Shown in pieces: positions 1 through 12,314 of a DNA stretch of 63,486 bases; positions within the stretch are counted from its first letter, which is position 1, and each line of letters opens with the position of its first letter. Origin of the DNA: Girardia tigrina. Taxonomy: Eukaryota. Position numbers and translations under genes: made by a program. Under the pieces are notes generated by a model that was not told the origin of the DNA, ran no database searches, and worked only from the letters and a program-made list of their open reading frames with translations. The DNA lies in NCBI GenBank assembly GCA_001938485.1, contig MQRK01246086.1, positions 1 to 63,486 on the forward strand, in the 5' to 3' direction.

Positions 1-1419
1 ATATTATATTAGAGTTTGATAATTATTCAAACCAGTAATTTATTCAAATTAGTAATTTAGTTATTATTTACGATGAAATGATTACTAAATTATTATTGTA
101 GTACTTAAAATATTTAGGGTAATTTAAAATTATTATTAATTATGTTAGTTCGAATTAGTTAATTATAGAAAATGTGTTTTGTTTATGTTATGTTTAGTTT
201 TAAAAAAAAGTATTAGTACTAAATATTTCTGTTTTTTGAACACATTAATTCAAAAGAAATGTGTATACCAAAAACAGATATTCAATTTAACATCTTTGAA
301 ACTCCACAATCTACAAAGCAAATCGTGGAGTTGTAGATGAAAGTTAATAAACAGTTTGCAAATATTTGTCGCAATTTTTGGACATGGGTTACATAAGAAC
401 ATAACCCACTTCCTTTGTTGCACTTCATTTCCTCCTGTTCTGGCGGTTTATTTATACAAAAGTATAATAACCGTGTTATCAGGAGACTCAAACCACCTTC
501 AAATAATGGCTCTTTAATGTTTAAATGTTCATTTAAACAATTTTTTATTATTTTAATGAATTTAATTTGAATAATTAATTGAATAATTTTAAGTATTTTT
601 ATTATACTAAATAAGTTTTTTTACTAAGTAAATTATAAATAGTAATTCAAAGAAATTGCTATACAATTCTTTATGTAGACAGAACTCTACTTGACCAACA
701 GAATTTTTTGTTATCTTTTGTAGAACGGAAAACTATGATTACATGTTTTAATAAATTTATTATGTTATTAGTAATTATTTCAATATTTTGCTGAATGAAA
801 ATTTCATACAAAAACATTTTTCAATTCTATTTTACAAATAAATAGTTACTTTTAACATAAGTAATTTATTATAAAGCATGAAAGGAAAAAACCAAAACAA
901 ATTATAATTTANNNNNTAATGTTTATTATAAAATTTACTAAATGCATTTTTACCAAATAACATTTTGAGAAATTAAAGGTTATCATTATTTATATTTCAT
1001 TCATTAATCAAAGATTTGAATAAATATAAAAAATATATCAATCAAAGAAAGATGCTTACCGCAGATTGTGCTACCGAAAATTGTTGTAACGATGAGCCTG
1101 TTTGTGTTGTTAATAAATGTTTTTACTGAAAAAAAATCTGGCGACCACAGCTCATGTGACAACTAACATTATAGGCTATGAAAAATTCAATGTATCAGAA
1201 TCGGATTTGGAATTATTGGTATAGCAGAAGAGAAAAATATTGATGGTGACTATGTTTATGCCACCTTCAGCAATAAAAAATATGCATAGATGGATGGTAA
1301 AAATTACAAACAAAATTTAAGGCCGTATTTACCAAAGAAAAATCCTTCAATTGAAAACCACATTCATTGAATGTAACCTATATGTAAAAACGATATGATT
1401 ATTTTAACTATACCATAAT

Positions 1420-1840
1420 ATTTGTATCAAATGTTCGAACTTAATTGTTTTAAGGAATACCCTGTAAAAACTTTATGAAGAAAAATTGTCATACATGAAA
1501 TTATCGAAATGAATGGGCTTCGTTAAAAATAAAGCATAGTTGCAATGCTTTTCTAGGAAGTTAGAGATCGTTTAAACGTTTTCTAAACATTTAATTTTCT
1601 AAACGAAGACCGTTTAAACATTTAGAAAATTTTTAAACGTGCCAACGTCTACTTTTGCATCAAATGTTTGAAGTAAATTGTTTTTAGGAGTTGATTGGAA
1701 ACATTTCATGCAACAAAATTGTCATTCATCGAATATTCGAAATGAATTGGCTTCGGAAAAATAAAGCATAGTTACAATGTATCTCTATGAAATTAGAGAT
1801 CGTTTAAACGTTTAGAAAAATTTTAAACGTGCCCACGTCT
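1420..1840. repeat. Imperfect two-copy tandem duplication (~230 bp period)
   Basis: Block aaaattgtcat..cgaaatgaat.ggcttcg..aaaataaagcatagtt.caatg..ttagagatcgtttaaacgttt..ttttaaacgtgcc.acgtcta occurs at ~1480-1650 and ~1715-1840. Confidence 0.75.
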
Positions 1841-3451
1841 AATGCTGAGTATTCTAAGAAACTGTTTGAAACAGCTTGGTATTTCATACTTAATTGAGAA
1901 TGATCCCGACACATGATTTACACTCGAATTTTAAGATTGTAAAGCTATTTAAAATTTAAATTTTTACCACCTGAAAAATAATCACATTCAGATTTTTCGG
2001 AATGTTACTTTATCGAAAGACCATACTACAATGAATGACTGTTTTACCTTATTTAATAGAAACATGGAAAGTGTTTAAACAATTTTTTTTCGTTTTGCGG
2101 AATTAATATCCGTTGGTTTTAATCCTAGGAGGTTTGTACAGACGGTTTATAACATATTACCTGGTTTCGACTATTTTAAACATAACTTTCGATGCAATAG
2201 GCAGACACAACCATAACCATGCCATCGCATTCATTGGGTTTTCAACATAACTACCTGAAGCATCAATAGATCTTGTGTAACCCTTGCTCAAAGCAGTTAG
2301 AACCTAATATTCTCCATCACCGAATTTGTTCTGAATTTGTTCTCTCTCCAGCTATGAATTTGTTCTCTCAAAAGCCCGTAGTATTCCTGTGAATCTCAGT
2401 TTCAATCACATGGTTGATTGTGCTTTCGAATGTTTGTTTGTTTATTTATTTATTTTGCAAAAACGAACGGGATTCTATTTCTGAAAATGTACTTTTTATT
2501 GATATTCTTCCTGTTCAAGAATTATTAGAAAGGAAAGAAAATTGTCTCTGACGAAAGTATCGAATAAAGAGTTCATTGTCGAAAAGCAAGGAAAAATCTT
2601 ACGTTTCTCTTTGCTGATTTCAAATAGGAATATGCTGCTCGAATGCTGCTGAAAGAGTAAAAGTGTTTCAAAGAGTTATCTTGATGAAAAAGAAGATTGT
2701 AAATATTTATAAATTGTTTGCTGAAATTCCGCTTTCAAAATGAGATAGACGAAGATGTTTCTATTTTATTAATCTGTTCGTCAAGCATGATTTGAAATTT
2801 TATTTATTATAATATAAATAATATAATATAAAAAAATATACTTAAATAAAAAAATCAATACGCAATGGATTAGTGGATTTTCAGAGATAATTCAGAGATA
2901 AGCTGCATCAGAAAACAATTGTTTCCCTATTAGCATCCAATGTCAATTGCCAACTCAATCCTTTTCACTGGAAATTATTTTTTATGGTCTGTGTTTATTT
3001 CTTTTGTATTTGTTTGTTAATTAATTAATATAGTTTCATTTGTTATCTACATTATTTTATTTTGTTTCGCTTGTAAAGCCTTTATTTGAAATTAACGACG
3101 AATAAAGGTTTTACACCTGTGAATCTCAGTTTCATAAATGTCTTTTTTTATTTTCTTTTTGTAAATATAGTAAATATGTCTCTCATAAACCTTACTGAGT
3201 GTGTTTAGATAGCATAATTTTTCATTGATCACATAATTACTGCCTATCTATATTGAAATATTTGAAATTCATATTTTCCTTCTGACCCGATGATTTACCA
3301 CAGATATAAGTTATTTTTGAAAATATTTATTATTGATGCTGCTTTATTTTTTCAATTATGAATATTGATGTCACTTTTTACTTTTCATATTTTGGATATT
3401 AATTAAGACAATAAAGTACCTGAAAAACAGAGATTCATAAAACAAATGATG

Positions 3452-3452
<1 letters not shown>

Positions 3453-3500
<48 letters not shown>

Positions 3501-3550
3501 NNNNNNNNNNNNNNNNNNNNNNNNNNNNNNNNNNNNNNNNNNNNNNNNNN

Positions 3551-3599
<49 letters not shown>
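3453..3599. repeat. (TA)n microsatellite spanning an assembly gap
   Basis: Direct sequence; similar tracts at ~9110-9143, 29067-29217, 56227-56271, 59695-59745. Confidence 0.95.
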
Positions 3600-3601
<2 letters not shown>

Positions 3602-4291
3602 GAAGAATAGGAAACTGATCTTTTGAAATTGAGGAGGTTCTATACTTGCAACATTTGTAATTTCATACTACCATACTCCATCTATTTTACTGTGAATGCT
3701 TACTAAGCGAAAATCAGACACTATTATCACTGATTATTAATCAGTCATTAATTAATATCCAAAAGTGGGGAAATAAAGCAGCATCAATAATAAATATTTT
3801 CAATTGACCTAAATAAAAATATAACTAAAATTGTCATCTTTTAAAAGAAAATCATAAAATTGTTTCTTTGTATTTATACACTTTTCATTAATTTATTTTC
3901 TGATAAATAATTAATTGTAGATGATGTATATCAAGTATACGTATAAACTATGATAATAACGATTTGCTAGAGATAAATATGACAAGATTTATTTTGCCAA
4001 ATTTTCAGCAATAATGTGAATAAACAGTCAATTTTGATAGGAGATTATTTTAATAAAACTTAACGAAATTAAAACACAATTTAGTCATTCCGTCTTCACA
4101 ATAAATAATGTACAGAACATTTAAAAAATAAAACACATAATAAACGGACAATTTATTAAAGCTAGACTTATACGAATTCAATATTGATCACAAAATATAA
4201 AATAATGAAAAAAATCAGATATATTTTCGGAAACATTTTTATTAATACAAGAAGTAAAAGCAAGTCATTGTACTTGGCAATTTGTCTTGAC

Positions 4292-5074
4292 TCAAGTACT
4301 AGATCCATACAAGATCTTCTTTCGGTCAAGAGTTCTTATTGCCGCTTGATACCTCCAAGTAACCGTCGTTCCAGCTTTCACGCTAACTTTATTGGCATAT
4401 ACTATTCGCAAGCCATACTATTCATAAATTTATGATAAAAATAATATAAAAAACATATAATACTCGTTTGAATATTTCTGTTGCTTCTTTAACAGCTTCT
4501 TTATCTCTTGAAGTTACAACAATATATTCAGTTTTGCTGAATCTAAAATAGATTCAAATGGATATGGTAAGATTGAAAATTAAATCATATTTTTTATAAA
4601 ATTCGAAAGAAAATATTTTTTATATTAATCACATATACAAAAATAAAGATATCTATGAAACAACAACAAATATTTTTATTAATAATAAGATATACTTAAA
4701 TAATATAATTATAATAAATATATAACAAAATATCAAGTTTTTAAACATAAAATAATTTTTTATAATATTTTCTATAAACTAAACTAACCCGTCCACTTGA
4801 TTTGATAAAATAACAAATGCTATTACAAATGTGAATAATAATATTTGATTCATGGTTTGAAAAAAATATATATTGATAAATAATATATAAAATATATTTT
4901 AATAATACAATATTTAATAAATATTTAACAAAATATCAAGATTTTTGGACACGAAATAAAGTTTTCGTAATAATTTTTTTTATTTTCAATATAAATGAAC
5001 TAAACTAACCCGTCCACTTGATTTGATACAATAACAAAGGTTATCACAAATATAAATAATAGCAGTTTAATCAT
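4292..5074 (-). CDS. Small spliced secreted protein (~89 aa) with two alternative signal-peptide first exons; exons 5074-5010 or 4853-4789, 4542-4464, 4417-4292
   Basis: Exon 1b MIKLLLFIFVITFVIVSNQVD-G and exon 1a MNQILLFTFVIAFVILSNQVD-G are each 65 nt ending GG|GTTAGT. Exon 2 (ttttag| ... |gtatta) encodes FSKTEYIVVTSRDKEAVKEATEIFKR. After a 46-nt intron, exon 3 encodes YGLRIVYANKVSVKAGTTVTWRYQAAIRTLDRKKILYGSST*. Splice phases 2 and 0 are consistent. Confidence 0.7.
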
Positions 5075-5108
5075 GGTTTAAAATAATAAAAATGTGACAT
5101 TTAAGTGC

Positions 5109-5117
5109 CTTATATAG
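5109..5117 (-). promoter_or_regulatory. Putative TATA box of the secreted-peptide gene
   Basis: CTATATAAG on the minus strand ~35-40 nt upstream of the ATG at 5074; specificity is low in AT-rich DNA. Confidence 0.4.
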
Positions 5118-7079
5118 TAAGTGTAGCACAACTTATAAATTATCTCTCCACGAACCAACAGATGGAATTTGAAAGATAAGTTAAAATTCTTATTTATTTT
5201 GATACAAGTCAATAATCATCATTATGAATCTGGTAGATGTACTGTCATTTTTATTGCTATCTATCAATAAATAAATAATGTTAAAGATATTATAATTTTC
5301 AATCCCATTTTAATTTGAAGCGGATGTTTGTTCGGATCCTACCAGTCGAATTTATTGTAGATAATAAAGTCCTTATTTCTGATAAATTGAGATAGCTAAT
5401 TATTCGGTAAAAATTTTATTTTAAAATATTTAATATGTTATTTGGTTAATCTAAAAAAGATTATAATATGATATTATTTTATTTCAATAAAAGAAAATAT
5501 TTAAAATTTAATATATATTCGTAGAAGACAAATTTACAACTAATAAAATTTATAATTATTAAGTAATTTCTTAATTCTAATTATTAAAAACATCCAAAGA
5601 CTTGATGGAGCGGTAAGGGTAGCAACGTGTCGTTCATTGCCATAATGAATTTGTAAAGCATCATGTGTTTTTTATCAGATATTTAATGTTTAGCATAATT
5701 CAAAAATAAAAGTTCACATTTCAGAAATAAAACATCAAATTCGATAAGGCAAAATCAAAAATTTTTTTATTTTTTTTTCGATATTTAACTATTTTAAACA
5801 GATTTTTTTTCATTTTGAATTGAAATGGTGAATTTTACCTTAATAGTTGTTTTATATTTTAAAGGAAAACTAAATTTAGTAAGACCCAATTTTAAGAATC
5901 TGGAAACTCTTCGATATTTTAATTTAAAATATGTTAGTTGCGTTGATATCATTTTCGATATTTGAATTAAGTTTCATAATTATTATTAAAATTTAAAATT
6001 ATAATATTAAAAATTTTTATTAGCACAAAATAATATTTTTTATTTTAAACAAATTTTCCACTTTCTTTCAATAATCAATTCGCTGACATATATCTTAAAC
6101 AATCAAATTTTAATTAAACTTATGAAAAGTGAAACTTAAAAATAATATCTAAATAGATTAAAATTTATACAAAAATAATAAAAATTTTAAAATTAAAAAC
6201 AATTCTACAAAATATTTGAAATCTTTTCTAATTTAAGATTAATTCAATTTATTTTAAAATAATATTCATTTTAAAACAGACTTGCACCAGACTTGCATAT
6301 ATAATTTATTGAAATGTTCAATAACGAGAGGGAAATTTGCAATCATTATTTATTTATTGAAATTCAGAAATCATTGTCTTTAACATCAGAAGACATTGAA
6401 TACAAAGAAATAAAAGTTTCTGAATTAACAGATGTTCTCATTTACGCTTATATTTTCAAATTGCCAAAATTTATGATAAAAATGAATCGAAATTGCATTT
6501 TAAATCTTTTTTTCTCGAACTGCAACAATGAGAATGTGTTATGCAAGAATCTAAAGTCATTATCCCAGGTCGCGATACATTCGGGAAGGTCGTCAATGAT
6601 CGTTATCAGGTTAACAATAGAATCAAGAAGAAATTTTTAATTAACAATAGAAGTAATCTATTTATTATTGATGATCTGATTCAAAACTGCTTCACCGAAT
6701 CGAATGAACAAAACTACCCAAACATTTAAATTGATTAGCGAGGAAAACAATATTTGGTCATGTTAGATGAAAAATTGTATCATTATAGAAACTGAGTATT
6801 AGCCTTTGGTTTATGCCGAGTTCTGTGATTTGAAAAAAAACTTTATATAATAGCCATAATATTACGTTTTTTTCTACACAGTCATGTTTCTCTGCTAATA
6901 CGGCTCATGCGATGGTGTTCATTGCGTTGCATCATAATCTATCTGCATAGCTGTTTAGTGTGTGTGTGCAATTTATCTATTTGTATCAGTTTACGTGGGT
7001 GGAAATTATTTCTTTTGTTTTTTTCAGTTTGTTAAGCATTGGATGCTGAAAAGATATTTTGTCTACAACAATGTCACAG

Positions 7080-7560
7080 ATGTTGGTTATAAAGGAAGAT
7101 GGCCATACTCACAAAGTTATACCACAGCGATTATGTGTTGCTGAATCTACGGTACAATAGAGTATACATGTTCCTACGCCGCAAGAAAACGAGCTGGCAC
7201 AAAAGTTCCACATCACAAACAACTGATCGAATGATACGGTGACTGGCAACAACTGATCCCACGGCTTCATCTCATTAATTGCATCCCAATTATCGTTGTC
7301 TGTTAGTGCCAGAACAGTACGGCGGAGATTAAAAGTGGAATTTTCATTGCGTGCCTACCGTCCAGCATGCATTTCACGATTATTCTTCAAAAACATTAAG
7401 TATAGACTGGCGTTTGCTATGCGAAACATCGACTGAGCACCCCATCAATGACATTCAATCTTTTTCACAGACGAAACACTGGTCAAGTAGTTCTACAGTT
7501 TCTCCAGTCATATGCGTCGGCCTGTGTACGAGAGATCTAATTAAAGATAGATCGATTTCA
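7080..7560 (+). mobile_element. Tc1-like transposase remnant
   Basis: Translates to VSARTVRRRL...YRLAFA (Tc1/Tc3 HTH region) with frameshifts. Confidence 0.6.
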
Positions 7561-8199
7561 TAAATTATCGAAGATTGATATGCAATAGTTGACTGCATGA
7601 AATCAAGATGATGAAATTTCTTTATTGATTTTAAAGTTTGAAATCTTTTCTAATTTAAGATTGATTCAATTTATTTTAAAATAATCTTCATTTTAAAACA
7701 GACTTGCACCAGAAATTAAATATATCATTTATTAAAATGTTCAATAACGAGAGGAAAATTTGTTTTTTATTTATATTATTAAATACCTCATTCGAAAAGT
7801 TTTGTTACAATGCACAAAAAATTATCCTGATAAAGATCAGATGATTCTAAATGATAGTTGGAAATGGGAAGATTTGATGCAACTTGTCCAGAATAACAGC
7901 AATAAATGCACCTGAGAGACAGAATCTGTGCAAAGAAATTATTCCCGGTGATTTTTACCTTATCAAGTGACGTTTGTAAAGTATACAATTCCAATAGTGA
8001 CTCGAATTTGAGTGATAATTTACATTTAATTGCGTTTAACAATCTGTCTGAGAACAACTCTTACTCAAAAATATGCGTCAATATCGATATACGATATCAG
8101 GAAGGCACCCTTTTGTTTTCGATAATAAAAACTTCATTGTTAAACCTATATCACTCGTAAAAAAACTTCGAAGTCAGAGAAATGTGTTAGTAGATGTGA

Positions 8200-8760
8200 T
8201 TACAACACGCCAATTAGAAATTTGAACAAATAAATAAAAGAAAAAGGCGATGAAATCTTTGAAGGCAGTTTCAGCTTACCCTTGATTTTTGAAGTATTTC
8301 TCCTGGAGGAAAATGTCAAGATGTTTGAAAAAGTGATAATCAGTAGGCGAAAGGTCATATGAGTATGGTAGATGACTCAAAGTTTCGTAGCCAAGTTCGT
8401 TCAACAGTTGCATTGTGAGACGTGCGATGAGTGGTCGAGCGTTGTCGTGGAAAAGAATAGGCCCTTTCCTATTGCCTATGCTGGTTGTTGTTGTTGTTTG
8501 AGTTTCTGGTTCATTTCGAATATTTTCTAACAGTATCTCTCTGTCATAATTGTTTCTCCTGGATTTAGGAAGCTATGATGAATAACACCGACTGCAGACC
8601 ACCAAACAGTCACCATCAGCTTTTTTGTACAATTTCGGCCTCGGAAAGGGTGTCGGAGCTTGATCGTGGTCCAACCATTGAGAAGAACGTCTCCGATTGT
8701 CGTACAGAATCCACTTTTCATCACACGTTACAATTAGGTCCAGAAACAGATCATATGTTT
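8200..8760 (-). mobile_element. Mariner (DD34D) transposase fragment
   Basis: KKLMVTVWWSAVGVIHHSFLNPGETI, FHDNARP and PYSYDLSPTDYHFF motifs; frameshifted. Confidence 0.9.
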
Positions 8761-9106
8761 TAGCGTATAGGAAGCGTTAACTTTATTGGATAAGATTCAT
8801 TTGGAAGTTTTTTCAGGTCATTGATAAGTATAGTGTTATATGACAATAAATAAATTCATTTTTTTTGAAAATATAAATAATAATTAATAAGATTAAATAA
8901 ATAAATAAAACACATAAATCGAAACATTTTTTTGTAATATACCGGAGTTTTCATTACAAAAGCCCTCCCAAAGATACATAAATATCATGATTATTTGGAG
9001 AAAAAACCAAGAGACTCCAAAAAAGGTGCCAACGTTAATACTAATTATGAACCCATTACGACTCAATCTTTTTGAATGTATCAGAAATTTCCGCTTAATA
9101 GCTCCC

Positions 9107-9147
<41 letters not shown>

Positions 9148-9215
9148 CAAAAAATCCATAACAAGCAAATAAAAATATAAAAATAGATATGCTATATTCG
9201 ATATTCAAATCACCA

Positions 9216-11240
9216 TTAAAAGTATTTCTCAAAACAATATACAATTGTTGGGGTATTTAAATTATTATTAAATGTCCTATAATAGTCGATAATCAACTCC
9301 TTGGGAGATCCACGCTCGAAGAACAAATTTGACACAATCGACTTGACATCCTCAGCCTTGATTAGTTTCAATACAGCAAATCGAGACGGTTCACAATCAA
9401 TGATACTTGAGAATTTCTGTTGATCATATTTTATGAAATCCGCTGCAAGTTTTGTCCAGTTTTTATTGACGGCTAGTTTGCTAGTTTCAAATTTTATTGG
9501 AGCCGGATGATAGATTGACAACTTTGACACTTTGAGATCAAATTCTTTATATATGCATTTGACACTTTTATTTTCAAATTATCGCACAGGTATTGCATTC
9601 TGTTTGCACATAAATGACATCTGTCATGAAGTTTCTGTAATTTGAGTTGGTCACCTGTTACAGAAAAAGGTAACTGTTTTGTTTTAATTGTTTGGGTATT
9701 CTTGTCAGTTCATCAGCTTTGTTGTCTTCACTATTTACAAACTCAATTTTCAAAATTATTTCCTATTCCTGACACAACTCCTTAATCACTGAAAATCATC
9801 GCTTTATCTAAAGCTTGGAAGAGGCTTTCGTGTGTAATTTATTTCGCTCTGATAGTGCCTCAGGTATCCAAGAAACTACTGATTTGTTATCTGATTTTAC
9901 TACAACATTCGTTATTTATCATTTAATACACAAATTTAGACCCTTTATAACTGCTTCTAGTTCTGCTAAAGTTTATGTACCTAGAATTGTCAGTTTTCCT
10001 TAACCACGATGCGTCTTATATTTCCTTTAACACTACAACGCTGTCCCAATCGCTTTCGAACTAGCGTCACACCATATGATGCCTTCCTTACAATCATCAA
10101 TACTCCATATTCCTCTACAATAATCTTCCTCCTTAACTTTTTTTCAAAACAAATTTGGTTTTCTCGAATAATTTGACATCTATTCTCTCATACCATTTTA
10201 ATTTACTGAGCCTTTTCATGTAGGAGCATGATTGACATAACCAACCAGCAACAGGCTGAATTCCTAGTAATTGACCACACAGTGATTATAACTCACGTCA
10301 CGATATCTCGACACATCTCGTCTCTAAATTATTTTCTCTCATCTATCTTATAGAACTCTTATCTTTAAAGACTTTAACTCCCAACACTCACACCTCTTTA
10401 TCCATTGAGAGATTTTCTGTCTTTTGCATTTAAGACTAAATTTCTCGAACAACATTCTAACTTCGTCAACTGTGATTGTAGTTTCGTCAACGTAAATTTC
10501 ATCGATGTAAGAATCTGTGTTTTCACGTACTCTGAGATCAGATTTTAAAATTCACTTGACAATTTCAGTCATAATGGTCGGAGCGATATTTAAACCAAAG
10601 CCCATCCTGGTTAGAGCGTACTTTTTATCATTAATGATACATGATTGATAACGCCACATTTCCTTGTGAACGCGAATCTGCATATACGCCTCTGATAAAT
10701 CAAGCATGGAAAGTCTTGATCCTTTTCGCGCCAGGTATGAAGTTTTTCCAAACATATATCTGCTGAGCCACTGTACACGTCTACCTAATTGTTTAATTTC
10801 CTAAAATCAAAGATCAGTCTTATCTTGGATTTGTCAACTTGCAATATTCCAAATAAGGGTACAGATTCTATCGATTTACCCATTTCCTTAAATGGGTCAT
10901 ATTCGTCCTTAATCGTCATATTCGATTAAATAGCCATTTTTCCTCCACTCATCAAAGACTTTCATTATGGTTATGTCTTTCAATTTATGATCCTTAAAAG
11001 TCGAATGTCAAATTGGTAGATAATTCAGAGCTTCATCTTTCCAATTCCATGTAACCGTCAAATTATCCTTAAATTCAATCTCATAATTGTGTTTATTAAT
11101 TACTACAACATTCGTTAGTTACCATTTAATACACAAATTTAGACCCTTTATAACTGCTTCTAGTTCTGCTCAAGTTTATGTGCCTAGAATTGTCAGTTTT
11201 CCTTAACCCCGATGCGTCAGGTACGAAGTTTTTCCAAACA
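9216..11240 (-). mobile_element. Degenerate LTR-type retrotransposon pol (RT, RNase H, integrase)
   Basis: LDLSEAYMQI..YALTRMGFGLNIAP..SYIDEIYVDE (RT); DASWLRK..HINLAELEAVIKGLN (RNase H); WTKLAADFI..IIDCEPSRFA..FFERGSPKELIID (rve integrase). Confidence 0.8.
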
Positions 11241-12314
11241 TATATGAGATTACCAAACCTAACCATATAAATATTAACTGACCAATGAAATTCAACCATT
11301 TTTTTCAATTTGATATCACATATTCATTTTAAAAGGGCATTAATATATGAAAAATAATTATGCATGCAAAAACATACATACACAAACACACCAAAACATT
11401 CAAAGACACTAATATATATACACAATATTTTTGCATTTTCATAGGGCCCTTTTCGTTTTAATAGGGCAATTGAAAATTAAAATTAACAAAAAAATTTATT
11501 TTTTTTAAGAATTATTTTCCAAATTGAAATATCAATATGGCAATTTTAAACTCGGAAACCGAAATAAAGATAAAACACAAGAAAAAAGGAAATTTTGTGT
11601 TTAAAAAATCGTCATTTAACATTTGTAATGCAGAATAAACAAAATCAAACAATAACAGAGAAGTTTCTATGTACATAAAAAACATCAAAACGTGATTTTT
11701 TCTTTTACGAAGTTTATTGATATTTATCTAAATGCGATTCACCGTTATTGGGCACCCACAACACAAAATAGTAAAGTTTCTCAAGCGAGTCGAGTGAAGA
11801 AATTCCAAAATGATTCTGTAGTGATTAATGAGATGCGGTTTCGATGCAGCTAAATCCGATTGGATACTGCCGGACTTGTTTATGTAGTCCGTCTTTTGAT
11901 GTATTCGTCATCGTAAACATCTGAAATCTCGGTCCAGTTTGCATTTACGCTTTCTATAGAACGAGCAATGGAGAACGCTGTTGCTTTTTTTATTCACATG
12001 TTCTCCATTTATATAAGCACAGATTTAATTCCATATTGATAATTAATAATAGAAATAATTGTTGATAATTTATTACAACAATAAATTAAAATTTAAATAT
12101 GCTTTAATACATATTTCTATATATAGGGTCCTAAAGAAATGACAAAATGCCCTATTAAAATGAAAACAGGTGTAGTAAATAAATTTTATATAATAAAACT
12201 CAACAACATATAAAATTATATTCTAACCTTCAATCAATAAAAAATTATATTTTAACCATCAATCAATAAACAATTAAATTCATTAAAAATCGTCTTAATC
12301 AAGATCATCAAAAT

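Noticed and set aside
2160-2325. Minus-strand exon-like segment faintly like aldo-keto reductase (ALSKGYTRSIDA)
   Set aside because: In-frame stops and similarity too weak to support
11440-12175. Possible Merlin/ISXO2 remnant with short inverted repeats upstream of kinase 1
   Set aside because: Only faint ESFW/HLDKY similarity; ends and TSD not definable
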